Source of the DNA: Nitrospirota bacterium
GTDB taxonomy: Bacteria > Nitrospirota > UBA9217
DNA: 64,000 nt
Direction of reading: 5' to 3'
NCBI GenBank assembly: GCA_963737155.1
Contig: CAVTRN010000001.1
Location: 1,504,001-1,568,000 of the forward strand
Shown here one piece after another: positions 50,358 through 60,847 of this stretch (the first letter of the stretch is position 1; each line of letters opens with the position of its first letter). The position numbers and the translations under genes are program-made. The notes under the pieces are model-generated. The model was not told the origin of the DNA. It made no database searches and was given only the letters and a program-made list of their open reading frames with translations.

Positions 50358-53276
50358 TTATTCTGCCTTATCCGAGGCACTTTTATTTTCCTTGATACCT
50401 TCCGGTTCAGGCTCATAAACATGAGTAGAGAAGCTAGTAAAATCAATTGGCTGTTCTCGCACCCACGGAATAATGTATGTTCCTACAATTTTATGCAATA
50501 CTCTATCTGTTACGCCTAGTTTTTTACAAAGGTGACCCCAGAGTACGATTTTGCGTGCCATACTAATGCTGGATAGCGACATTATCATAAGGTAAAAACT
50601 TAGTAGGAAGTACATAATTATTGGTAACTCAGAATGATTCTTTGTTCTAAGGTATAATTGTGTTTTCACCATCCATAACGTTATTAGGATAACCAATAGT
50701 GTTGGTATCATTCTAAATAAGAATCGTAACCAATTTCGGCCTGATGCTGACATCTTTCTTGGTAGACTATGCAAGAGGGTTTCGCAAAATACGATTGGGC
50801 GTAAGATAATTAATCGAGAAACACTTTCACTTATAATTGTTCTGAATAGACGATTTGCAATGGATATTTCTTTTGTTTTCTGATTAATTTCTTTATTATC
50901 CCTAATTCCGACAAGTAGTTCAGATAGAAAATCAATTGCTACAGGAAGCAAAAGGATGTCCTCGATACTCAAATATGTGGCCCTCAAGATTGCTTGAGCC
51001 TTTTCAGAGGTTGCATTTTGAATCCTATCTGCGATAACAGAAGCAACAAGATATTCCATGAATGATTTATGTCCAAATCGGAATGTACCAGGAGCAGCCG
51101 GGTCATCTGCTAAGAGGCCGCACGCCCGAACATCTGTTTTGACATGTTCGATACCAAATTCGTTATCTTGTAAACGGATGTGTAATGGTTTTGTGGTTTC
51201 CCCTGATGTTGCGGGTGAATCAGTCGAGACTGATAGTGGAATGGAATTTATTAAAGCGCTTATAGTTTCATTAAGCTGCGTTGCAGTAATCTGATTAGGA
51301 AGTCGTTTTGATGCCATGCAAGCTGCAATACCTGTCATAAAATACTCTCGTTCCAGTGTGGTAAGTGCCATAAACTCTGGTGAGCCAAACTCCTTCAAGC
51401 CTTGTCGTCGATAGCTGTGCCTTATAAATAAATCCATAACGAAAGCAGAAGTAAGTTCGTCAACTTTTTCAAAAAGACGTTCCTTTTCCCAAAGTACAGC
51501 CACTATATGCAATAGAGAAGGTCTTGATACAAGTTCTCTAAAACGAGAATTATTTTCGACTAGAGTATGAATTTGGTAAATTATTGTTGGCTTATAACTT
51601 CTTAAAGCCTCCTTAACTTGCTGAGAATTAAATGGCGCTAGCCGTAACGCTTCACAATATGGACTTTCCCCTACAGGCTTACTAATTCCAAGTGCTGCTA
51701 TCATTTCTTCTTCATCAAGGAAAAAGTTTGGTCGGCCTGTGATTAGTATTTTTGCATTTGGATAAGCAAATTGCCAAAGTGTTCTGAAGTGTTTGAGTCG
51801 CATCTCGAGGTCACCTACTAAAGCCATTTCATCGAATCCCTCAAAAACCAGAACAAGTCTTCCAGCAATAAGCAAACGTAATAGAGCTTGAGGGTTTATG
51901 CCATATTGTGCCGTCCAAGCACCTAGAAATTGGAGTGGGGTCAAATTTCGCGGACTAGTCCCTCTAAGTTCAATTAATATGGGAATACGATTGGACGAGT
52001 TTTGCCACTTTTTTATTAGGTGATAAGCCCACATAACAGTTGCCGTACTTTTCCCTTGTCCATACTCACCCAATAGCGCAATTTGCCGTTGACCGGTTGC
52101 ATCTAGCCAGGTATTTAGATATTCTTCTGCGTTGCGGTTATGCTTTTCGCCATTCTGAATAAAAAAAATAGAAGATGGAACATACACATCACAAAGGGTT
52201 AAGTCTGAGTCAGGTAAATGGTTAATTGTAACTCTTCGCCTAATATCGTTGAAGTAATCCTTGAAATCAATCAAACAATCAAGAAGACTATCTTCAGTTT
52301 CATAACGAATGAATGTGTTATTCCAATTAACAATCGGCTTATTGGTATGCGTTTTTGTTGCGACTATTATCTCGCCAACATTTTTATTATCATGTGAAGC
52401 TATTCGATCAACATACGATAGAAATTCCCTTAGCTTGCTTTCATTTACTTCTTCTAGAAGTGGATTTAAGAAAACCAAATCACCAGTATTAACGTTTGTT
52501 CCCACCCAACAGTTTGAACTATCATGCCAACCGTTATCAAGATCGAACGCATAAGAAGACGACGACAGGCGAACTAACTCCTTCGCTTGGTCTTTCCAAG
52601 CCAATGTATCTCTTACCGATTCTAATTGGGGAATGAACTGTTTTGGATTTATCTCTGTGTATACTTGTAAGGGAGATTCTCGCCTCAAAAGACGTTTGAG
52701 TTCATTCATCCCTTCCATAAAAAAATTTAGGAATTCAGAACGTTGTTCATGTCGATGCTGCTCAATGCTCTTAAGTCCATGCCAGTTCTTTTGTAGTTGG
52801 TGAAGTGTCCAAATAAGAATAATATAAAGTGTAATAATAAAAGCGTAATCAATCCATCGCGTATTTGATTGAAATACGGTCTTGTCAATAAACACACAGT
52901 AGAAAGCATTAGGAATCGACCACGGCATGAGGCCAGTTAGTAGCGATGCAACTAAAAATAGGCTCGCAAATATTGATGTGAAAAATAATAATAAAGAGAG
53001 TTCCTCGCGTAAATGTCGGCTCTGATAGATCCAGACCGACAGGCTACTTTTTATAAAGAGCAATGTGATAATTATCATTATGATACAATATGGGAGTGAA
53101 AAGTTATAATCTAATAAGTCTTTGTTAGATTGAGTGGTTTGTTGAAATATCCCACTCTTGTATTCAATTACTAGAAGGATAATTCCAACTAATATCGAGG
53201 TGGCAATGTTCACAAATATGCTTTTTAATAAGTTAGGAGTGGGATGATTTCCCTGTTCGTTCTTTGTTTTTGACAT
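50358..53276 (-). CDS. NACHT-family STAND NTPase with N- and C-terminal TMs (NLR-like, putative defence)
   Basis: Walker A GEYGQGKST, Walker B LVFEGFDEM, LITGR, RPSLL, FRFGHKSFMEY. Confidence 0.88.
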   Translation of the reverse strand: MSKTKNEQGNHPTPNLLKSIFVNIATSILVGIILLVIEYKSGIFQQTTQSNKDLLDYNFSLPYCIIMIIITLLFIKSSLSVWIYQSRHLREELSLLLFFTSIFASLFLVASLLTGLMPWSIPNAFYCVFIDKTVFQSNTRWIDYAFIITLYIILIWTLHQLQKNWHGLKSIEQHRHEQRSEFLNFFMEGMNELKRLLRRESPLQVYTEINPKQFIPQLESVRDTLAWKDQAKELVRLSSSSYAFDLDNGWHDSSNCWVGTNVNTGDLVFLNPLLEEVNESKLREFLSYVDRIASHDNKNVGEIIVATKTHTNKPIVNWNNTFIRYETEDSLLDCLIDFKDYFNDIRRRVTINHLPDSDLTLCDVYVPSSIFFIQNGEKHNRNAEEYLNTWLDATGQRQIALLGEYGQGKSTATVMWAYHLIKKWQNSSNRIPILIELRGTSPRNLTPLQFLGAWTAQYGINPQALLRLLIAGRLVLVFEGFDEMALVGDLEMRLKHFRTLWQFAYPNAKILITGRPNFFLDEEEMIAALGISKPVGESPYCEALRLAPFNSQQVKEALRSYKPTIIYQIHTLVENNSRFRELVSRPSLLHIVAVLWEKERLFEKVDELTSAFVMDLFIRHSYRRQGLKEFGSPEFMALTTLEREYFMTGIAACMASKRLPNQITATQLNETISALINSIPLSVSTDSPATSGETTKPLHIRLQDNEFGIEHVKTDVRACGLLADDPAAPGTFRFGHKSFMEYLVASVIADRIQNATSEKAQAILRATYLSIEDILLLPVAIDFLSELLVGIRDNKEINQKTKEISIANRLFRTIISESVSRLIILRPIVFCETLLHSLPRKMSASGRNWLRFLFRMIPTLLVILITLWMVKTQLYLRTKNHSELPIIMYFLLSFYLMIMSLSSISMARKIVLWGHLCKKLGVTDRVLHKIVGTYIIPWVREQPIDFTSFSTHVYEPEPEGIKENKSASDKAE

Positions 53277-53897
53277 GCTCAGTATTCTCCTAATTTTAAC
53301 AAGTTAGTATAGGGACGGAAACCGCCCCGATAAGCACGAAATTTCGGTGTTAACGAGTTTAGCAATTAATGCGCCATATCGTTTTCATAATCCAGACAAC
53401 TATATGCCTGTCACCCTGCTTTGTCAACGACTGCGCGGAGTAATGCGCGGAGTAATGCGTGAAGTATTTTATTAGGTATTTCAACTACTACTAAATGGTG
53501 GGCATCGCTCAGTGGAAACTTGGAGAAGATTGAGGCATTGAAGAAAATAGCTGGAATCATGTTCCACCCGGTCAAATTCTCAAAAGGGGTCATGGGGGGC
53601 ATAGCTAGGATAGGAGTCTTCTACTCATCTCGGCGCGTCCCTATGTAGGGTTGCCCACTCTCCTACCATGCCTGAGACACGACCGCCTTCGCCTGTCCCC
53701 TCTGGTCTCCCTGACCAGAAAAAGGATGGCCCCAGGTTGTCCAAGGGCCATTATTAGACTGTAACTCTTTTTGTAACCGTCATAACGAAAATATACCAAC
53801 TTGCCCCCTCATCATCCAACACGGTAAAGACAAAAAAACCGCAATGAATCACTATCATTCATGCGTTCTCAGTCACTTACCTGTTTTGGATTTTACT

Positions 53898-53954
53898 GAC
53901 TCAAAATCATCCGGGGGGAACTCCATGTCGGTTCGATTCCGACCGCCGGCACTA
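53898..53954 (+). other. 3' fragment of tRNA-Leu(CAA); att-site remnant
   Basis: GACTCAAAATC anticodon loop, long variable arm, GTCGGTTCGATTCCGAC T-arm, acceptor 3' strand; 5' half absent. Confidence 0.8.
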
Positions 53955-54124
53955 TTCTTTTTCAAGTAGTTACGCAAGCTGTCCTTCCTTCTCACTCCCC
54001 TCTAAATTGGCTACTATAACCTCTTTATAACTGTTAGCACACCAGTTATGACTCTCGTCCTTTTGCATGCGCACCACGGCAACCTTTCCCATTCCACTGC
54101 GTAAGTCAGACTCGTTATAATAGT

Positions 54125-54870
54125 TAATTCCAAAGCTAAACCCCCGGCTTCGCCGGGGAGAATAGAAAAAGCTATGCTGTAGTATTTGAAAAAGAAAAGC
54201 TCCTTTCCTACAATAAGACCGCTGTTCCGATGGTCATCGTAAGAAAGGAGCAACCAGGTGAAGGAAAGTTTAGCACACACAGTCCATGATTGTAAATACC
54301 ATATTGTATTTGTGCCTAAGCTCAGGAGAAAAGTCATATACGGACGGCTTCGACAGGAAGTTGGCCCGATACTGCGTCGGTTGTGCGAATACAAAGGGGT
54401 GGGCATTTTAGAAGGGAAAGCCTGTATAGACCACATCAATTTGTGTCTGTCGATACCGCCCAAGTATGCAGTAGCGACCATTGTGGGGTATATAAAGGGA
54501 AAAAGCGCGATGATTGTGTTTGAACGGTACAGCAAACACAAGCGGAATTTCAAAGGTCATAGTTTTTGGGCACGCGGGTACTATGTCAGTACGGTGGGGC
54601 TGGATGAAGCGAAGATACGGAAATATATCAAGGATCAGGAAATCAACGAAGCAATTGTGGATAAGTATGATCGGGATGTCCATGACCCTTCTAGGGGTGC
54701 CCGTAGCAAGAGCAATTAGCAGCAATAAACCACGTGACGCGAATGGCTATCGGAACAGCCAAGTGCACCACGATGGACAGAAAAAGAAGATAACCCCTTA
54801 AGGGGTGCAAGTAACACTGCCCCTATGGGGCTTAAGCAAGCCACCGGCTACGCCGGTGGTCATGACTAAA
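54125..54870 (+). mobile_element. IS200/IS605-family element (tnpA only; ends approximate)
   Basis: Subterminal hairpins CCCCGGCTTCGCCGGGG and CCACCGGCTACGCCGGTGG. Confidence 0.85.
54258..54719 (+). CDS. tnpA: Y1 HUH transposase
   Basis: CKYHIVFVPK, DHIN (second His of HUH is Asn), FWARGYYVSTVG, YIKDQ. Confidence 0.92.
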   Translation: MKESLAHTVHDCKYHIVFVPKLRRKVIYGRLRQEVGPILRRLCEYKGVGILEGKACIDHINLCLSIPPKYAVATIVGYIKGKSAMIVFERYSKHKRNFKGHSFWARGYYVSTVGLDEAKIRKYIKDQEINEAIVDKYDRDVHDPSRGARSKSN

Positions 54871-55658
54871 AATCTTTCATGTAGGTAGTAGGCAGAGTGG
54901 TATGGGAAATGTGCAACATGAAATTCGTACTTTGTGATATTTTTATTTAGCTATACCTTCTGTACTAATAATGCCTCCCGAATGGAGTGCAAATATGAAG
55001 TGATTTCGTGATAATTACAGAACTATTCTTCTCGTCGGCGGTGATATTGGCGTTCTCATGTGGGCGGCCATAGAAATAGTTCTTCACTTATTGTAATTAA
55101 CCCCTAAGAATACAAACTAGGTACTAATAACTATTATTGTTTTTTTGTGATATTTGCGGTATTGGCCTATACCCATATTTTTTCACTACAAAAACAGCTG
55201 CCAATGGGGACTATTTTTGGAAATACAGATTGCACGACGGAGCAGCTGATTGATCTGCAAGACCAGTTTGTCGCTTGGTCAGCTCAGTGCACAAAACGAA
55301 CCGGGGTATCGGGGAAGCTGTAGGAGAAGTCAAAAGATTTCAAGATGACACTCCGCCAGAAGTCGTTGCAGCAGTGCTCGTTAAGTTGACTTCGGATTTC
55401 TTCGCACGTGAGTGGAAATTGGGTAAGACGGTACATTAATTACCATCATAAATAATTTTCGGAAGATAGCGTATCGAGCGCCACAAATGCCCGTCGGGTT
55501 GACGACATGTTGAACCAGAGTTCTATTCGATAACTTTTCACTAGTTTTACCGTCCTTGCTGCGCTGATAAGTAAAAAAGCCTGCCAAATAAATATGGCAA
55601 GCTTTTCTTTAATGCAGGCACGAAATTGTGCCATATACTAAATTTTTCTATAGTCGCT

Positions 55659-55979
55659 TCAAGCAACTTTTTTACTTAAGTTTCTGTAATGATGTTTATG
55701 GTAATCTTTTCTACTCACAACATACGAGAATGAGGAAGAATCCTTATGTATGTAAACCTTTCCCATAAATTGATCATCCGTTAATAGCTCTACAATTGCA
55801 TTAATGTTAGATGTAGACTCTACGTTAATTTTGCATTTAGTAGTAAATTTATCAGAAAGCGCAACAGAAAAACGATCAATAGTCCCGATTAGATCTTTTC
55901 GAATTTTACGATAGTGGAACTGTCGCGCAACAAATAACCCAACAACGACAAAAAGAACAGCAACATTAAAAGTATTCAT
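55659..55979 (-). CDS. Membrane-anchored hypothetical protein
   Basis: SD GAGG; N-terminal TM. Confidence 0.55.
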   Translation of the reverse strand: MNTFNVAVLFVVVGLFVARQFHYRKIRKDLIGTIDRFSVALSDKFTTKCKINVESTSNINAIVELLTDDQFMGKVYIHKDSSSFSYVVSRKDYHKHHYRNLSKKVA

Positions 55980-56159
55980 ATTTGTTGTAACCTCATCTAT
56001 TTCTGACTATAGCATCAGTTAGCTTGTCGAGTGTATTCTTAATTATTTTTACCTCTGGGGTGCCATTCCAGTTTTTAATTGTATCTAAGATAAAATAAAA
56101 AACAAGTAGAATAGATATTAGATTGGAAACATTCCCTATGTAATTTTTAAAAAAATTCA

Positions 56160-56819
56160 TTATTCAATATTCCAGCTTTGTTTTTTTCTCTTGAACCAAT
56201 CTAACTCATCTTTATATTTTTTAAAAGCTTCCAAAAGAATATCAAGACCACTTTCTGTAACTTCAAAAACAAATTGATTATCATCCTTTGTCGAGAGTTT
56301 AATCTCACATATGGGGTATAAATCTAACACTTTATTTTTATCAGTGGGATCTACAATAGATCTAAGACTAGTTACACCAACTATATTGCTAAGTTTCGGA
56401 ACTACCAAACCAACATGTTCTTTTTGAAGAGATTTAATTGCTTTTAGATCATCATAGATGAAATATTTCTCAAGAGATTGAATAACAGAATTGTCTAGTT
56501 CTTTTCCTTTAAAGAATTTAGAAGTTAACGTTTTTATGTCATTAATCGTATCACTAGTTTGCATCCTCTTAAGAAGCTGACTTCTTCTAATAAACTTCAA
56601 TAATTCAACAGCGGCTTTTACTTTTTCTGGATTCTCAAATTTATCAAAAAGTGAATTTACTAATTCGTCAGACTTTGCGCGATTCTGTAAAGATTCTGCT
56701 TCTGCAAGAGTAGTGGCTATATCATTCAACTGCTCAGCTGGCATTGAAGTTAATGTGCTGAAATCTACAAAGAAGTCATTACTTAAATCAACTAAATCAT
56801 CGATTAATTTTATTTTCAT
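56160..56819 (-). CDS. Hypothetical protein, possible COMM-domain-like architecture
   Basis: 219 aa; helical N-terminus; C-terminal P-x-L..beta-beta-beta (FVFEV) then a long helix. Confidence 0.65.
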   Translation of the reverse strand: MKIKLIDDLVDLSNDFFVDFSTLTSMPAEQLNDIATTLAEAESLQNRAKSDELVNSLFDKFENPEKVKAAVELLKFIRRSQLLKRMQTSDTINDIKTLTSKFFKGKELDNSVIQSLEKYFIYDDLKAIKSLQKEHVGLVVPKLSNIVGVTSLRSIVDPTDKNKVLDLYPICEIKLSTKDDNQFVFEVTESGLDILLEAFKKYKDELDWFKRKKQSWNIE

Positions 56820-56997
56820 ATTTACACTAATAGTTTTTGATAAGTTGATTAATTGTTTCAGCAGTATCCCTATTAAATAAGATGTAACAAATAGACTCGT
56901 ATAAACTACCTACTCAGTGAAGAATTTATGTATTATTAAATATTCTTTTTAAAAAGTCAATAATCTTTATAATAATAATGAACCGTCGGATTCCGAA

Positions 56998-58521
56998 GAC
57001 GAGGTCAAGCTTTTAGTTGAAATTATCTGAGTGGCCCGTTCCCTTCGGCTAAAGTATTTTTATCGGTTCAACGGTGTAAATCATCGCTGTTTATAAAATC
57101 GGATTCGTAGGATCGCCATATGTGAGTTTTCTGAGGCCGAGCCATACCTAACCATCCCCCTTTACGCAGCCTCTTTGACTGTTAGGTCATTTAATTCTTC
57201 CGCTTCGATCCGTTTCATCACGTCCGCGATGAAGGCGTGGCCCTTGATCTTTCTGAATCCTTGTTCAGCATATAAGAGGACAGAAGCGAGCCAGCGCTGC
57301 ATCATCTTGCTGTCGCGGTAGCGCTTTATATTGCCTTCTGCTTTTCTCACCGTGGAAAACATGCTCTCGATAGGATTGGTAGAATGCAACGTCTTCCTCA
57401 AGAGAGCGGGGACCTTCAATCGATGAAGGGTGAGAATGTCTTCTATCGCTTCCATGAGCGAATCAGCCGCCGACTCATTAATGCCCCGAAGCCATTTCTC
57501 CATGTCCAGAAGCATCTGACGAGCGTCCGCGTAATTATTCTGCTCCAGGGCTGTCCGGAACCTCCAGTGTGCGCCTTTCCGGTATTTCTTCGGCAAATGA
57601 TGCTGTATATTCCGGTCCTTGTGGATCGTGCACCGCTGATGGATGAGTTTCTTACCGAAGCGATCCCGGAGTGCCTTGATTACGCCCTTGCCGCCATCGG
57701 TAACCCAGATGATTCGTCGTGAAAGTATCAGACCTCGCCGCTCTATATCAGAAAACAGCTCTTCACACAGTTCATGGTTCTCCGTCGCCCCCTGCCAGAA
57801 CCCCAATGTCTGCTTCTTTCCGGCAATATCAAGCCCCAGCGCCACGATGAATGCCTCTCCGCCGCGGTGAACAGTGTCTAAAAAGACCGCAAAGGGAACG
57901 AATGACGTGAGTGACCGTTCCTTAAACTCCTGAAGCTGTTTTGCTGTTGCCGCGACGATATGGCTCGATACCGTGCTGGCGGACACTCCAAATGCTCGTG
58001 CCGTATCTACAACTGTCTCCGCATACTTCCGGCATGATATGCCCCGAAGCACCTTTCCAAGCAATTCTTCTGCGAAGACTTCCGGTTTTTTCATCTTCTG
58101 ATAGCTCTGCAGTACAATCTCACCCGCCGGACCTCGAAGCCGAGGGTGGGTCACCGGGATCTTCTGATCTCCGATATAGACGGAACCGCCCTGGCTAGCC
58201 CACTTCCGCAGATCGGGACTGTTAGGCTGGTAGTCGGGGCCGGCAATCTCCTCCCGCTCGATGTACATGATCGTCTCTGCCATCATTCTGCCCATTTCCT
58301 TCATGCATTCATCAAAACCCTGTTTCCCTTTTGCGAAGACACAATACATCTGTTCGATGATCTCCCGCCTTCCGTATGCCTCTTCAATTCCTCGTATTGC
58401 CTTTTTTCTCTTCCTTGTGGTATCCTTCATTGAGTGGCTCCTTTCTTTTTTCTCTCTCTACCGTGGATTATGCCACGGGGGAGCCACTCTTTTCAATTTC
58501 AACTAAAAACAGTATAACCTG
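56998..58521 (-). mobile_element. IS256-family element, copy 2 (inverted)
   Basis: Same translated ORFs and ends as copy 1; 9-bp TSD GATTCCGAA (56989-56997, 58522-58530). Confidence 0.95.
57162..58430 (-). CDS. IS256-family transposase
   Basis: Same protein as 2453..3721. Confidence 0.95.
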   Translation of the reverse strand: MKDTTRKRKKAIRGIEEAYGRREIIEQMYCVFAKGKQGFDECMKEMGRMMAETIMYIEREEIAGPDYQPNSPDLRKWASQGGSVYIGDQKIPVTHPRLRGPAGEIVLQSYQKMKKPEVFAEELLGKVLRGISCRKYAETVVDTARAFGVSASTVSSHIVAATAKQLQEFKERSLTSFVPFAVFLDTVHRGGEAFIVALGLDIAGKKQTLGFWQGATENHELCEELFSDIERRGLILSRRIIWVTDGGKGVIKALRDRFGKKLIHQRCTIHKDRNIQHHLPKKYRKGAHWRFRTALEQNNYADARQMLLDMEKWLRGINESAADSLMEAIEDILTLHRLKVPALLRKTLHSTNPIESMFSTVRKAEGNIKRYRDSKMMQRWLASVLLYAEQGFRKIKGHAFIADVMKRIEAEELNDLTVKEAA

Positions 58522-58846
58522 GATTCCGAATCCATACATAGTTATAGTAATGGACACATGAAGTTTATCTACCAGATTAACTTCGATAATATCACTTCTT
58601 TTGTAAACATTATACCATGAAGATAGCTCATTCATCAACAGTGATTATGCGTGCGAATTGACTCACAATAAATGGAAAAGTCAGAAAAACCGATCGATTT
58701 ATTTATTATTATTGGGTATTCGTAACGTAGTGTGGATTCCCTCTGGTTTAATGCCCTGTGCACATCGTGGCAAAATCGTAAAATAGTGTTGAAATTCACA
58801 AATTGACAATGTATACTCAAATCGTAATCTAGTGTGGGAGGCACTT

Positions 58847-59152
58847 ATGTTAAAAACTAATATTCAAATCCCGATGATAAAAATCGAAGAGTTCTGCCTC
58901 AAATGGAAAATCAAGGAATTTTCTTTGTTCGGTTCGGTACTCACGGAAGATTTTCGTCCCGACAGCGACGTGGATGTGCTGGTGACGTTCGAGCGGGGTG
59001 GCAGTATTACGTTTGACAATCGCGTGGACATGCTGGACGAGCTGAAGGCAATATTTGGAAGAGAAGTTGACCTTGTCGAGAAAAAGGCCATCAGCAATCC
59101 TTTCCGCAGGCACTCGATCCTCACGACAAAGGAGGTCCTGTATGCGGCCTAA
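58847..59152 (+). CDS. Minimal nucleotidyltransferase (MntA-like antitoxin)
   Basis: LFGS-x10-DVD; FGREVDLV. Confidence 0.9.
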   Translation: MLKTNIQIPMIKIEEFCLKWKIKEFSLFGSVLTEDFRPDSDVDVLVTFERGGSITFDNRVDMLDELKAIFGREVDLVEKKAISNPFRRHSILTTKEVLYAA

Positions 59153-59504
59153 TGAACGGGATGCCGCATATCTCCTGGACATGCTTCAGGCAGCAGAGAA
59201 GGTCCGCCGTTTTGTTAACGGGATAAAACAGGAGGAGTTTGCTGAAAACGGGGTGCTACGTGATGCCATCGAACGCAATATCGAGATCATCGGAGAGGCC
59301 GCTCGCAAAGTGACGGAGGCGTTTAAAAAGCATCATCCTGAAATTCCTTGGCGCAAGATAATTGCCCAGCGCAACGTGCTAGTTCACGAGTACGATAAGA
59401 TTGGTGTGGATGAAATGTGGAGTGTGGTGACGTTTCATGTACCAAACCTGATAGAGAATCTTGCGCCGTTGATACCTCCCACGCCGCCGGAGGTCGAATC
59501 CTAA
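59142..59504 (+). CDS. HEPN/DUF86 RNase (HepT-like toxin)
   Basis: EIIGEAA, IPW, RNVLVHEY (RX4HXY). Confidence 0.9.
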   Translation: MRPNERDAAYLLDMLQAAEKVRRFVNGIKQEEFAENGVLRDAIERNIEIIGEAARKVTEAFKKHHPEIPWRKIIAQRNVLVHEYDKIGVDEMWSVVTFHVPNLIENLAPLIPPTPPEVES

Positions 59505-60814
59505 TGCCTATCAATATTCTCAATCTAAACGCCTATGAGATCATAAATTTCAAAGAAACAGAGCATGATTATCATATATATGCGAGGACCAAGGTACCGT
59601 CAACCATATGCCCTCACTGCGGATCAAATAATGTCGTAGGGCATGGGTCCGATGACATCACTGTAAAAGATATGACGATACATGGCAAGCGAGTAGGCGT
59701 GTATATCGGCGTACGTAGGTATAAATGCCGGGGCTGCGGTAAAACCTTTACTGAAGCACTGCCTCATATAAATAGCAAAAGACTAATGACAGATCGACTT
59801 GTTCAATATGTCGGCGGCCAGGCACTTAGCCGTACTTTCACAAGCATAGCAGATGAGATTGGAGTCGCAGAAGGTACTATACGGAACATTTTTCGTGACT
59901 ATGTGAACGAACTTGAAAAAACAGTCCGATTCGAGATACCACAGTGGATGGGTATCGATGAGATTCATATTATTAAGAAACCCAGAGCTGTCATCAGCAA
60001 TATCGAGAACAACACAATCGTAAATATCTTACCTGATCGGAATAAAAAGACTGTCATCAAATATCTAAACGGTCTTGATGGTAAAGATCGTGTTCGATAT
60101 GTCGCAATGGATATGTGGAAGCCCTATCGAGATGCTGTCAATACAGTATTCCCAGACGCTACCATAGTCATAGACAAGTTTCATGTTGTCAGAATGGCAA
60201 ACGAGGCGGTTGAAAAAGTGCGTAAATCAATTCGGCAATCTCTCACGTCAGCCCAACGTCGAACACTCATGCACGATCGATTCGTCTTGTTGAAGAGACA
60301 AAAAGACTTGTCTGCAAAAGAAATACTTATACTAGCGACATGGTTCGCCAATTATCAGGATATTAAAGAGGTTTACGAGGTTAAAGAGCAATTCTTCAAT
60401 ATATGGGATGCAAAAGACAAAAACGAAGCGCTTGGCTTATATAACGGATGGCAGCAGAGCATACCTCAAAATCTTCTCGAAGCCTACCATCCATTAATTA
60501 CTGCAACAGAAAACTGGCAGGAGGAAATTTTTGCGTACTTTGATCATAAAATCACGAACGCTTATACCGAGTCTCTCAACAATTTAATAAGGGTCATGAA
60601 TCGATTGGGCCGTGGTTATTCCTTTGACGCCCTTAGAGCAAAAATTCTCTTCACAGAATCTATGCACAAGATTAAAAGATCTGCGTTTAAAAAATGGCCA
60701 GCAGATAACTTAATGTGTTTCCGGACGGAATCCACATTGGACAATCAGCCGGAAATTAATTACGGGGTGGATATATCCACACTAACAGAACTGATTGAGT
60801 CCGGAGCCTTTTGA
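59504..60814 (+). CDS. ISL3-family transposase
   Basis: TAATG overlap with the HEPN gene; CPHC..CRGC, GIDE, MDMW, DKFH, TNAYTESLN. Confidence 0.93.
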   Translation: MPINILNLNAYEIINFKETEHDYHIYARTKVPSTICPHCGSNNVVGHGSDDITVKDMTIHGKRVGVYIGVRRYKCRGCGKTFTEALPHINSKRLMTDRLVQYVGGQALSRTFTSIADEIGVAEGTIRNIFRDYVNELEKTVRFEIPQWMGIDEIHIIKKPRAVISNIENNTIVNILPDRNKKTVIKYLNGLDGKDRVRYVAMDMWKPYRDAVNTVFPDATIVIDKFHVVRMANEAVEKVRKSIRQSLTSAQRRTLMHDRFVLLKRQKDLSAKEILILATWFANYQDIKEVYEVKEQFFNIWDAKDKNEALGLYNGWQQSIPQNLLEAYHPLITATENWQEEIFAYFDHKITNAYTESLNNLIRVMNRLGRGYSFDALRAKILFTESMHKIKRSAFKKWPADNLMCFRTESTLDNQPEINYGVDISTLTELIESGAF

Positions 60815-60847
60815 CCTCCCACCCACACCAAATTACGAATACCCTTA

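Larger units (their letters stand above)
58714..60844 (+). mobile_element. ISL3-family transporter IS (2131 bp) carrying an MNT-HEPN pair
   Basis: IRs GGGTATTCGTAACGTAGTGTGG / GGGTATTCGTAATTTGGTGTGG; 8-bp TSD TTATTATT (58706-58713, 60845-60852). Confidence 0.92.

Noticed and set aside
53898-53954. Functional tRNA-Leu
   Set aside because: 5' acceptor strand and D-arm are absent.
2362-58521. Composite transposon or inversion bounded by the two inverted IS256 copies
   Set aside because: Each copy has its own matching TSD, so they are independent insertions with no recombination between them.
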